A DNA stretch of 64,000 nt from Octopus vulgaris. Taxonomy: Eukaryota. Position 1 is the stretch's first letter, and the number at the start of each line of letters is the position of its first letter. Position numbers and translations under genes: made by a program. This document shows, piece by piece, positions 1 to 14,260 of this stretch. Location of the stretch: NCBI GenBank assembly GCA_951406725.2, contig OX597816.1, positions 178,188,001 to 178,252,000 of the forward strand, given 5' to 3'. Under the pieces are notes generated by a model. It was not told the origin of the DNA, made no database searches, and worked only from the letters and a program-made list of their open reading frames with translations.

Positions 1-271
1 GGAAGTTTATAAAAACCTCACAAAAGAAAAGGCAACGCCAGCAACTGCCCATCACTATGTTCCTCGCCCGCAAAAAAGGAGAAGACACGGGTACCCCTAA
101 GAGCGTGCGGATTGTTTATAAAAGCTTAAATATATGAAAAAATAATAAAATAAATATATAGCAGCGATAAAGATAATTTTAAAAATATACAGTACTGTTT
201 CTACTTCGCAGATTTTCACCTATCCCGAGGTTTTTTGGAACGTAACATCCGCGATAGTCGAGGGATTACTG
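1..271 (+). mobile_element. 3' end of a Tigger/pogo-like DNA transposon
   Basis: Reads KKRQRQQLPITMF, typical of a TIGD/Tigger transposase C-terminus. Ends in a Tigger-type TIR (CGCGATAGTCGAGGGATTACTG) followed by TA at 272-273. Confidence 0.75.
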
Positions 272-764
272 TAATAGTAAATCCCCCTCACATCACATCC
301 CACGCTTCAGGAATCTATATCGAATATTATAGTTTCAGGTGTTCTGTAGTTCAGGAAAGACACGGGATGGAAGGCTTTTTATTATATGCTTGCTTGATCA
401 AGCCCGAGCTGGAGTTCAACAACATTTATATCACAATAAATTACTGTAAATTTACTAGGGCATCTTTAGAGTTACTGTTAAAATTCGTAAATATTTCTTA
501 GCTCCAAGTTTTAAATTCTTGAGAAAAAATAAAGAAAATGAAACAAGCTGCCAGGTATTTTGCTGACAATATAATCCGGTTTATATAAACAAATTAACAA
601 GGCGTTAACAATACAAGTAGATTTCGGTATTACAAATTGAATAAAGATTTCTTACATTGTTTCATTATGACAAATTCATAAAATAAGTGTAGATTAAATC
701 ATGAATGTCTTTAAATAACCAAGATTACTAATGTGGCGTGAGTTATGAATAAATATATTTTATA

Positions 765-1985
765 TTTTGCTTTTTCCGTCATTAGACTGCGGCCATGCTA
801 GGATAATCCTTTGAATGATTTTAATCGAACGAATCAACCCCAGAACATTTTTTTCTAAGCCTAGTACTTATTCTGTCCGTCTCATATGCCGAATTGCTAG
901 GTTACAGAGACGTTAACAAACAACGCTAGTTGTCAAGCGGTCGGTGGGGGACAAACTCAGACACGAAGACACACGTAGATACGAGGTGGTATCGAAAGGT
1001 TATGTTTAGTAACTAGTTATTAAGCATAACCTAGTTATGTTTAATAAAAAAATAACTTATTTACCTAAGTTTTTAACATCATCTCCTTCGAAATAGTCAC
1101 CTTGCGCAGCAATACACTGATCCCAGCGTTCCTGTCGCTTTTGGAATCCAACTTGGAAGTCGTTTTCCGTCAGCGAGTCAAGAACCTTCTGTGATTTGCT
1201 CTCGATCTCGACGAAGGTGTTAACACGTTGACGTTTGAGCAGCATTTTCATCTTGGGGAAGAGATTGAAGCCCGCAGGTGTTAAACCTGGCGAAAGGGCG
1301 GGTGCAGAAACGATACCATGTTGTTTTTTATGAGAAACTCACGAGTGAGGAGAGCACGGTAAAGAATCTAATCTTTCGCGCCCCATAGATCCGGTCGTTG
1401 AATCGAATGTCCTCCCTCAAACGCTTCAAAACGGCCCTGGGGGTGGAGGAATTCTCGATGCACAATAACACATTTCCAGGGGTGACACCCATGGCACGTC
1501 TTCCAGATTGCTCATCGTCTTCCAGGGACGTTCTTCCACTTTTGAAGCGCCCGTTCCACTTTAAACATTGCGTACGACCCATAGCTTCGTTACCGTAAGC
1601 TTGCCGAAGCATGCTCAATGTCTCTATAGCAAATTTACCAAGTTTAACGCAGAATTTCACGTTGGTTCTTTGTTCCTGTCCATGACAAATCGCAGACTAC
1701 AGCATACACGTGATCCCCAAAACACAAATTTCACAACTTGTGAAGTAAACATAGCAATGCCACTTTGCACACTGTCTCATGAAGACCACTGCTAGCTCTC
1801 ACTGCGCACTCAACCGTATGCTGCCATCTGTTGATATTCCCTTGTGTACAGATATATGACGGGCTTCTTTCAATTTCCATCTACCAAAATCCACTCACAT
1901 GGCTTTGGTCGGCACGAGGCTATAGTAGAGGACGCTTGCCCAAGGTGCCACGCAGTAGAACTGAACCTGGAACCATGTGGTTGGA
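765..1985 (-). mobile_element. CORE-type tRNA-derived SINE (Octopus OR-like), split by a mariner insertion
   Basis: Segments 765-980 and ~1850-1985 match the 3' and 5' halves of the intact copy at 63318-63722. Confidence 0.75.
982..1840 (-). mobile_element. Internally deleted mariner transposon (transposase pseudogene)
   Basis: N-terminal HTH region (KFCVKLGK...RFKSGRTSLEDDEQSGR, 1328-1660), frameshifted HPP-SPGLTP-FNLFPKMK (YSPDL motif), and C-terminus WDQCIAAQGDYFEGD (1057-1251). TA-CGAGG terminus at 980-986. Confidence 0.9.
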
Positions 1986-2013
1986 ATAAATAAATTATGA
2001 ATAAATAAATATA

Positions 2014-2281
2014 TTTTACTTGCTTTAGTCATTGGGCTGCGACCAATCACTTTGAAGGGTTTTAGTTGAATGTATCGACCCCAGTACTTATTTTTTTAAA
2101 GCCTAGTACTTATACTGTCGGTCTCTTATGCCGAACTGCTAAGTTACGGAGACGGAAACAAACCAACACCAATTGTCAAGCGGTAGTGATGGACAAACAC
2201 AAAAACAAGTACACACACACACACACGCGCACGCACGCACGCACACACACACATACACACATACATACATACATACATACA

Positions 2282-2317
<36 letters not shown>

Positions 2318-2323
2318 TGTATG

Positions 2324-2367
<44 letters not shown>

Positions 2368-2500
2368 GACAGTTTTCTTTCAGCTTCCGTCTACCAAATC
2401 CATTCACAAGGCTTTGGTCGACCCGGGGTTATTATAGAACTCACTTGCCGAAGGTGCCACACAGTAGGACTGAACCCGGTACTATATGGTTGGGAAGCAA
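2014..2500 (-). mobile_element. CORE-type SINE with internal (CA)/(CATA)/(TA) microsatellite
   Basis: Aligns by eye to the copy at 63318-63722. Confidence 0.8.
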
Positions 2501-3802
2501 ACACTTTATCACAAATTCATTAGACGTATGATTAATAAATAATATCTAATCTGTCTGTGAGACTAGGTCTTAGTTCTCATTGTAAGTCACCGAAACCCTT
2601 GTAGTTTAAACACGGGGCCCAATTTAAGATTGAGATTAAATATATGTTATATATATATGGTATGGTTGTATGCGTATTGATTCAATTTCCACGTCATTTT
2701 CATACTCTAGTTATTTTTGCCCGGTTGCTAGGATATAGAAGTACATGAAATTCGGTGAATGGGCAAGTGGTAACCCTACTGGAAGCATTGGACCCTTAGT
2801 TCTAGTTGAGTTATTCGTCTGGGATAAGGGATATCCAAATTCACACTCCTGTTGTCTTTCAGATAAGATTTTGTGAAGTTGTTGCTATTGACATACCCCC
2901 AATTAAGGGTCATATAGTTTCATGAGGTCAAAGAAGGCAGCAGAAGCTATGGAAAACAAACCTGGCAGACTTATCGAAGTGGAAGCTCTGAGTCACTTTC
3001 TTGTCAAATTTTGCCAAGTTTCCGGCCAGTCCGGTATCATCTTAAACTATACTGAACATATTTTATCGCTGGATCCAGAGGTTTCTTAACGAAAAGATGT
3101 AAGATACCGTGTAAGTTCGCTCCACTAAAAACTAGATCGTGCAAGAACGACATGACAACGACAAACTAATGCAAGCTTCTCGAGACAAAAGGCAAACCTT
3201 ACACTGCAGTAGTTGGAATATCACACGCATCTGTTACAGTGAGATACTGCTACGTAACTCTCGATTACGCACGAAAGATGATGTATAAATGGGAGTTTTA
3301 TCTAGGATGAGGTATGTATGTATTATGTATGTATATGGTATTTATTTCAGACTGTTCGTCAAGTTTTCCCATCACAGAATTCAAGCCGCTCAGTCTAAAA
3401 ACACTCAACACAATAAGGTCTTTAGCTTTGCGAATACATGAATGAACTTAGACATGTGTAAGTTGGATGTGTATATAACACTTAACCACATACCTGAATG
3501 TGTTTTGTATATGCGTGTTGGATGTGTATGTATGGGTGTGTAAGTATTAGTGTGTGTGTGCGTGTGTGTGTGTAGAGAGAGAGAGAGGTGTGTTTGTACG
3601 CGTGTTGCGTGTACCATATATTCACGTGATTGCATAGCTGTTTTTATTGTAAGAAACTCAAGTGGCGTATCTTGAAGATGCTTCACAAATTTTCACTGAA
3701 ACACAAATCATTAGAATTTAGAAGATGCTAATTAATATGCTTTGGGGTTTTTTGTTTGTTTGTTTGTTTTGTTATTGTTCTTTTTTTTCTTCTTGGAAAC
3801 AC

Positions 3803-3912
3803 CTAGCGGTTCGGCAAAAGAGTCCGATAGAATAAGTACTAGGCTTACAAAAAATAAGTCCAGGGGTCGATTTCTTCAACTAAAGGCGGTGCTCCCGCAT
3901 GGCCGCAGTCCA
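3803..3912 (+). mobile_element. CORE-type SINE 3' fragment
   Basis: TAGCGGTTCGGCAAAAGAG...GGCCGCAGTC matches 63595-63702. Confidence 0.75.
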
Positions 3913-3930
3913 GTAGAAGAATATATATAT

Positions 3931-4420
3931 ATATTAGTTGAAAAATCAAACACCAAGGCAGAACGAGTATATCAAGTCATTTAGAATAACTTAATTAGGG
4001 AAAGGTGATATACAGCCGTTTCTGGGATACCCCAAGAGGTATGTCCACAAACTGGGAACTCCGTCATCGGAGACAAAATAGGAATATTTTAGACAGGGAA
4101 AATATACAATTTACAAGGAATAAAATTCACAGTTTATAAGGAATAAAGATAGAAGAATAAAGAATAAAGAATAAAGATAGAAGAATAAAGAATAAAGAAT
4201 AAAATAGAAGAATAAAGAATAAAGATAGAAGAATATTAGTGAATTTTAACTTCTTAAACTCACTAATACTCTGTATGCATCCTTCAAACGAAAAAAAGTA
4301 ACCTAAGTTCTATAAACTCATAATAACCCCGAAGTTCTACCGTATAAAGTTAGAATATGATACCTTTCTTAGCATTTAACCAAATGCTTAGAATTTCTGA
4401 TCAACTAAAGGAGAGTACTG
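3931..4420 (-). mobile_element. Penelope-like element 3' end (pLTR) with degenerate hammerhead
   Basis: Similar to 38670-38795. Minus strand 4007-4074 reads GTCT-CCGATGA...CCCA-GAAAC-GGCT-GTA. Confidence 0.6.
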
Positions 4421-4613
4421 AAACATATATGTAGGTATTTTTTATTTTGTTTTATTTTTGGTGAGCTTTACAACTTTTAATCAACTTATTTTTAAAAGAC
4501 ATTTTCAACATTCTATAACATACAAATAAATTATTCATACATTCATTTTTCTCCATTTTCTTTTCCTTCAATATTGATAATATATATAATTTCAATAATC
4601 CCAAAAATATACC

Positions 4614-4833
4614 TATTTCTTTATTACCCACAAGGGGCTAAACACAGAGGGGACAAACAAGGACAGACATAGGTATTAAGTCGATTCCATAGACCCCAGT
4701 GCGTAACTGGTACTTAATTTATCGACCCCGAAAGGATGAGAGGCAAAGTCGACCTCGGCGGAATTTGAACTCACAGACGAAATACCGCTAAGCATTTCGC
4801 CCGGTGTGCTAACGTTTCTGCCAGCTCGCCGCC
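4614..4833 (-). mobile_element. Meta/MESC-domain tRNA-derived SINE with Tx1-like 3' tail
   Basis: Head GGCGGCGAGCTGGCAGAA, central GTCGACTTTGCC.TCATCCTTTCGGGGTCGATAAATTAAGTACC, tail GTCCCCTCTGTGTTTAGCCCC...AATAAAGAAATA. TSD ATCCCAAAA(A)TATACC at 4598-4613 and 4837-4851. Confidence 0.85.
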
Positions 4834-4950
4834 TTTATCCCAAAATATACCAGTGACTTTCATATTACATGATAGAGATTAACCAGCGGAATATCTTGGA
4901 TTATATAATCCCTAACTTCCTCGAATTAAACTATATATATATATATATAT

Positions 4951-5122
4951 ACCGGAGTAAACACATAAATGTGAAACAAGGTGGAAAAAAGAGTACTCAA
5001 ATACCAGTGGTAGAGTAATATGCTTTATTTAAAGCAGCAGAAAATTCAACAAAACCTGTTACTCTGAGTTTCTCGTTGCCGTTCATCGGACAGTTTTTGC
5101 TAGCAAAAACTGTCCGATGAAC
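4951..5122 (-). mobile_element. Short Penelope-like pLTR with hammerhead and terminal inverted duplication
   Basis: Contains the hammerhead at 5056-5093 and a perfect 42-bp palindrome at 5081-5122. Confidence 0.65.
5056..5093 (-). ncRNA. Minimal type I hammerhead ribozyme
   Basis: CUGU-CCGAUGA-ACGGCAACGA-GAAACUC-A-GAGUA-ACAG: stem I CUGU/ACAG, stem III ACUC/GAGU, GUA cleavage triplet. Confidence 0.65.
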
Positions 5123-5145
5123 TTAAATAAAGTATGTATATATAT

Positions 5146-5345
5146 AGTTAATCCAAACAAGAAAACACAGACAAAAACACAGCAACGCGAGGACGTGGAA
5201 CAATTAAAGTATTATTTGACGCTCAGGAAAGAAGGGAAGGAGGGTTTAACGTTTCGAGCGGAGCTCTTCGTCGGAAACAAAGGAGAAGGAAAGATCCCGA
5301 GAAGGGAAGACAGAAAAATTTTTTTTGCTGGTGGTGCTCAAGAGA
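5146..5345 (-). mobile_element. Second Penelope-like pLTR fragment
   Basis: Carries the hammerhead at 5244-5278 and is bounded by TA-rich tracts. Confidence 0.6.
5244..5278 (-). ncRNA. Minimal type I hammerhead ribozyme
   Basis: GUUU-CCGACGA-AGAGC-UCC-GCUC-GAAAC-GUU-AAAC, with palindromic stem III ACGU typical of Penelope-associated hammerheads. Confidence 0.7.
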
Positions 5346-5385
5346 TCACATGTTGAAAGCCTTTGTATATATATATATATATAAG

Positions 5386-5456
<71 letters not shown>

Positions 5457-6084
5457 GTGTATATATACACATACATACATAAACATGATGTGTGTGTGTG
5501 TGTGTGTAATCAGCACGATGCGATTTTTTAAAAAATATACTGAACTCCTTTTTTCATCACATTTTCATATTCAATGTAAAAGATGAATAAGGAAAATTCC
5601 AGGCTTTATAGTGGTTCATTTGGTTTGAACTGAGTCGCCACTGATTTAAATTATACGTTAATTCAAAATTTTTACGTTAGGTCTGAGTGAGGCTCTGTTT
5701 TCTAGTACTGGGAAAATAAATGATTGTAAGGAAAGGAATTAAAGAAATTTCAGGTGAATAGAGGTATAAGGTTATAGGGAGTGCACTAAGTGATTAGGTT
5801 GTACCGACCGAGTGGTTTGGGTAGCGTTAATTATTGTATGCGTGACATTATTCACGTCATGTACAAGAATGCAGAGTAACATATGACACTGAAAGTAAAG
5901 TAGTATTTGTTCGGTAGGTTTTGTTGAGTTTTACCTGGTAAAAAGGATTGAAATTGTAAATTTACACGTAACACTAATTATTACGTATCACATACAACAG
6001 TTTCACCTTTCACTAAAGCAATTCCGCTTTTAATATTTTCGTTTCAGTTTGTCAACCACAGCAAGCCATAGAGCCTGTACGAGC

Positions 6085-6290
6085 CAACGAGAGAGCTTCC
6101 ATGTGGTCACCTGACCTACTAGAAATAACAGTTAAATCTCTCTCAAATCACACCCTGCCATCTTAGAAATGAATACGTTGAATAATGTTGTCCAAGCTTC
6201 CTTGCACATACGAAAAAGACAAGAGGGTCACGGCTGGAATACCGTTGATTAAAATCTTACTCAATCGGAGCTGAGTCGTCAAATGGTAAA
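6085..6290 (+). mobile_element. Old dispersed repeat (probable ancient SINE)
   Basis: Motif CTACTAGAAATAACAG..AAATCTC.CTCAAATCAC recurs in diverged form at ~25140-25310, ~39760-39940, ~41380-41470 and ~42440-42500. Confidence 0.5.
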
Positions 6291-6706
6291 CAAGCAGTCA
6301 CAGTGACAATTCAATAGGTGACTATCCTGTAGGTAACTTAGTAACCTATAGGATAGTTTTACCTGTTAAACATTTCCAAGAAATATTGAAACAAAAATAT
6401 ATTGAAATAAGTTTTAAAACATTTCTAAGAAAAACCAAAATGAATCGCAAAAGAGTTTAGATTAAGTAGTTTTGCTCTCTATTTCCGTATTTTTTATTTT
6501 ATTTTGTCCTTCTCGTGCCTTGTATTATTTTATTGTCATCACGTGTCAGCTACACATTTCACGTATGGACATGTTATGAAATCTGTCTTTAAATTTGTCA
6601 ACTTCACGTGCTTAATGGGCTAGACACTACAATATTTCATGAACTTTATTGAAGAAAAGGAACTTGAAGGTGTGTACGTGTGTAATCAGCACGTGCTACA
6701 GACGGC

Positions 6707-7028
6707 AACTGGTACTTAATTTATCGACCCCGAAAGGATGAAAGGCAAAGTCAACCTCGACGGAATTTGAACTCAGAACAGCGGCAGACGAAATACCTAT
6801 TTCTTTACTACCCACAAGGGGCTTAACACAGAGGGGACGGACAAGGACAGACAAACGGATTAAGTCGATTATATCGACCGCAGTGCGTAACTGGTACTTA
6901 TTTAATCGACCTCGAAAGGATGAAAGGCAAAGTCGACCTCGGTGGAATTTGAACTCAGAACGTAGCGGCAGACGAAATACCGCTAAGCATTTCGCCCGAG
7001 GTGCTTACGTTTCTGCCAGCTCTCCGCC
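6707..7028 (-). mobile_element. Meta-domain SINE partial tandem: Tx1-tailed copy (6798-7028) fused to a second copy at its GGTATTTCG site
   Basis: Junction on the minus strand reads ...AAAGAAATA|GGTATTTCGTCTGCCGCT. Confidence 0.85.
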
Positions 7029-7089
7029 TTTAAAAGAAGTATAATTGAAGTATCTTTATTTCTATTTATCTCCCACAATACCTACACGT

Positions 7090-7315
7090 GATTTGATCCG
7101 GTTTGTCGTTGGTGATTTCAACGGAAAGTAGAAGATACTCCAGAGCTACAGACCACACAGAAATTGAACAAAAGGTGTCGGGTTGTGCAAAAACATTTAT
7201 ATCAAGTGAGAGATATTCACTAAATGCCAATGCTTTGACTAGTACCTTTAAATACACTAGAAGGTCATAACACGGCCTAAGTTGTGTGAATAATTCAGTA
7301 CTTAACATACACGAC
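7090..7315 (+). pseudogene. Possible piggyBac transposase C-terminal cysteine-rich remnant
   Basis: Degenerate KRCRV(C)...PKLCE*FST*HT resembles the PGBD C-terminal pattern. Heavily decayed. Confidence 0.3.
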
Positions 7316-8297
7316 CTGCGTTAATGGCTCAGTACTTGAATCTTTACTGACAAAAGTCCTTCTCGCTTCTGAGAACCAATAGACACTCCTGATTCTCTAT
7401 ACTATGCAGCAGTACATTTTTTGACATTTTCAGAGCTCTGTCTTATCATGTTTATTTCTATATAGAAGAATAGACCAATACTTGGCTATTAACTTGGAAT
7501 AATCATAGTTTATGATCTTCAGTTTTAACCCAATAACCGGCATTCGTGATCCCGCTACATTTTATAATTTGATCCCTACAATTTTCAATTTCCTTTTCTC
7601 ATTTCAAAACAGATTTTTTTTTTTACTGCCTCGCTATCTTAGTCATATATTTTCACCTTTTGCGTATTTTTAATCTTTGGTCGCCGCTATTTCTAGGTGA
7701 AATAATCCACACCTAACTATTTATTTGAAACGATTTATGCCGTTGACAAATCCTTTTACCCAAAATTCAAAACCGGAGAATGTACTCACAGTCATTATAC
7801 GTTGAAGATAGTTAAAAACTGTTTGGGTCTGTTAACAGATGAGTGTCTGACATATTCTGAGCATAGAATTTGAAGTTACCAGGTATTATCACTAAAGGTT
7901 ACATCGTTATATGCGTGAGTGAGTATGCGGGCCAATATGTGTATGCGTGTACACAGTACGCATTTATGTATATGCATCAGTATACAAGCTATTCATATTT
8001 TTAATAACACCTAATTAAATATGACCTAAATATTTCTACAGTTCCGTCTTTTTCATCATCCAACCATATATGCAGGATTTCAAACGTGTGCTGTTACAGT
8101 GTGACCATAACTAATATTCTAGAATGTTTGAGCTTGATGGCATAACACTCGACTTAAATATATTTTTCCCACTTTGACGAGCGGTAATCCAAAACTTTAC
8201 TTCAGTGATTGCCCTCTGTTCAGGTTTTTCGGCTTCAAAAACTTTAATGTATCGAATTTTTCTCCCGTTTGTAAACTCATGAATATTTCTAACTCCA

Positions 8298-9445
8298 TAT
8301 GTATGCATGTATGTATGTACGTATGTATTCAAGCATACATGTATGTATGCATGCATGTATGTGTGCATGCATGTATGTATGCATGCATGTATGTGTGCAT
8401 GCATGTATGTGTGCATGTATGTGTGCATGCATGTATGTATGCATGCATGTATGTGTGCATGCATGTATGTATGCATGCATGTGTGTGTGCATGTATGTAT
8501 GCATGCATGCATGTGTGCATGCATGTATGTGTGCATGCATGTATGTATGCATGCATGTATGTGTGCATGTATGTGTGCATGTATGTATGTATGCATGCAT
8601 GCATGTGTGCATGTATGTGTGTATGCATGCATGCATGCATGTGTACATGTATGTATGCATGCATATGCGTGTGTATGTATGTGTGCATGCATGTATGTGT
8701 GCATGCATGTATGTGTGCATGCATGTATGTATGCATGCATGTATGTGTGCATGTATGTATGTATACATGCATGCATGTGTGCATGTATGTGTGTATGCAT
8801 GCATGCATGTGTGCATGTATGTGTGCATGTATGTATGCATGCATATGCGTGTGTATGTATGTGTGCATGCATGTATGTGTGCATGCATGTATGTGTGCAT
8901 GCATGTACGTGTGCATGCATGTATGTGTGCATGTATGTATGTGTGCATGTATGTGTGCATGCATGTATGTATGCATGCATGTATGTGTGCATGCATGTAT
9001 GTGTGCATGTATGTATGCATGCATGTATGTGTGCATGTATATATGTATGCATGCATGCATGCATGTGTGCATGTATGTATGCATGCATATGCGTGTGTAT
9101 GTATGTGTGCATGCATGTATGTATGCATGCATGTATGTGTGCATGTATGTATGTGTGCATGCATGTATGTGTACATGCATGTATGTGTGCATACATGTAT
9201 GTATGCATGCATGTATGTGTGCATGCATGTATGTGTGCATACATGTATGTATGCATGCATGTATGTGTGCATGCATGTATGTGTGCATGCATGTATGTGT
9301 GCATACATGTATGTATGCATGCATGTATGTGTGCATGCATGTATGTATGCATGCATGTATGTGTGCATGTATGTATGCATGCATATGCGTGTGTATGTAT
9401 GTATGTATGTATGTATGTATGCATGCATGCATACGTGTATGCATG
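8298..9445. repeat. Complex (ATGC/ATGT/GTGC)n purine-pyrimidine-alternating satellite
   Basis: Tetramer mosaic. The landmark GCATATGCGT recurs at 8661, 8841, 9085 and 9381. Confidence 0.95.
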
Positions 9446-9476
9446 TTTTCGTTTTCTTTTTACAATTTAGAGTTAA

Positions 9477-9864
9477 CTAGCAGTATCGCCCGGCGTTGCT
9501 CGGGTTTGTAAGGGAAATAACTATATAAGCATTTTTAGAGATGTAAAGTATAATAGCCATCTCAATATGGTTAACCACAAAGGGGGGTTACTGTAGCTTT
9601 TTACGTTCTGAAATTTAATAATAAACTCTTAGAGAGTTACTTCCCTTATATATGCCGAAAATGCATTAAAATGGGAAAAATTGATGGTAATTTTTTTTTA
9701 AATCGTAGACTCATCGTAGACGCGCGCTAATACCCAGAAGGGCTCGATATGAATCACGACTATAAGATACCCGGTTTTGGTAAAACTGCACCGCAAAATG
9801 TGGGAGTAGTTAGGAATCTAAATCGTAGGAGACAGACACACAACCTCACTTTTATATATAAAGA
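9477..9864 (-). mobile_element. Non-autonomous Helitron (5' type A)
   Basis: 5' TC, 3' hairpin CCCGAGCAACGCCGGG then CTAG, inserted between A and T with no TSD. Confidence 0.85.
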
Positions 9865-10169
9865 TTTTGACCTTCCACCGCTTGGTAGCAACGTTATGAA
9901 TGAAAGCATCTTGTTTTATTTATCAGCCTTTAAATCTTAAGAAAGTCTTATTACCTTGGATATCGTGATCATTTGCAGTGTATGAATTAAGGAGGAGGAG
10001 GAGGATAACAGTAATAATAGGAGTTGTTTTGATAGTTATGGTGTGGCGATGGCCTTGACGCTTGTGGTGTTGCAATTCCTGCTTAGGTTCATATCCCTTC
10101 AAGTCGAGCGGGCGGCCTTTGATTAAAAGTTTTTGCTCTCGTGATCATCTCGTTGTTAGCTTTATCTAG

Positions 10170-10495
10170 GCCTGTATTGATAAATGTTGTCTCCTTTTGG
10201 ACGGTGGATTGTTATTTGAGGTACATGTGCCCGCTTTTTCTAGTAAGTAGAGCAATCCGATAAAAGTTCCCTTGTTAGCTTGCTTGATGCTATTGTGTAG
10301 CCCCTGGTTAGCCAAGATCGAGTAGATGCCCTCGCCCCCGATCCATCTTCCATATTGCAAACGCCATCTTGAAGTGATGAGTCATGACGATGTACAGTGT
10401 GGCTGTTTGGAAAGTTCACTCTCTTGCCATTGTCACTTCTATTTAGGAAGGCCCACAGGTTCTGCAGGTAACCCAAGAGGAGATGAACAATGCCC
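10170..10495 (-). mobile_element. Possible LINE internal fragment
   Basis: GC-richer than its flanks. Reads [17 protein letters not shown], resembling the post-RT GGLG motif. Confidence 0.3.
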
Positions 10496-10542
10496 AAAAC
10501 ACTGATATAACAGCATCCTAAAAAAAACACAACTTTACTCCA

Positions 10543-11006
<464 letters not shown>

Positions 11007-11365
11007 ACCCTACTACCTGCAAATGTTGTTTTGGCTATTCAGGTTACGGAATTTCACTTTTACGGAAATTGTAAAGTATGATCATTAATATATTAGACAT
11101 GTATTACTTACTTGTGAGATCAATCCGAATCTTACTTTATATAAAGCAAGTTTTAATTTATATGTAGTTTCATCAGGTTACTGTATATCGGAAAAATGGG
11201 TATTTTTTAATGACAATTTCGACAAATAGCTTTCAGTGTGTGTAGATTCCGATTATATCAGAATTTAATATGAAAATAATAATTGGTGATATAGCACGCA
11301 TACATACTGACGCATGCCACATTTGTTTTTTGGAAGAAGCCATTTCACAATAAATTTAATATAAC

Positions 11366-11497
11366 TTAGCGGTTCGGCAAAAGAGACCGATAGAATAAGT
11401 ACTAGGCTTACAAAGAATAAGTTCTGGGGTCGATTTGCTCGACTAAAGGCGGTGCTGTAGCATGGCCGCAGTCAAATGACTGAAACAAATAAAAGAA
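11366..11497 (+). mobile_element. CORE-type SINE 3' fragment
   Basis: Matches 63594-63722. Confidence 0.8.
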
Positions 11498-11969
11498 TAT
11501 ATATACACACACATACTCACATACGCACTCAATATGTGTGATGTGTTTAAGTGTGTGTATGTGTGTGCGCGTGTGTGTGTATTTGGGCTACGATTAGCCT
11601 GTGTATATGTTTCAACAGCGAAACCAATACAACCAGCGCCAACTCTTTAATGATCAACAACAGCAGCAGCAATACTCGTGTAAACAACAGGCGCAACTCC
11701 ATTTAAAATTTAAAAAACAATCACGTGATAATGTTGCATGAAATGTCCTTGATCTTAGGACAAAAGGATTGACCTCAGACCAGATGTCAAGCATAATATT
11801 AACATGAACATATGACCACCGCCTCCAACAACAATAAGGCCACTGCCTTCACCATCATTATCTCTATCATTACCAACACGAAAGCCAATACAACCACCAC
11901 CACCACTAGCAACCAGCCAGGCAACTTTTAAGTAACCAACTGGCAACAACAATAATAGTATGAGCATGA

Positions 11970-14260
<2,291 letters not shown>

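Noticed and set aside
7066-7308. 80-aa minus-strand ORF with splice-like borders
   Set aside because: No recognisable family. The opposite strand is better explained as a decayed piggyBac C-terminus.
8111-9511. Six long ORFs (371-445 aa) rich in His/Thr/Cys/Met
   Set aside because: They are an automatic consequence of RY alternation in a satellite, with no coding signal.
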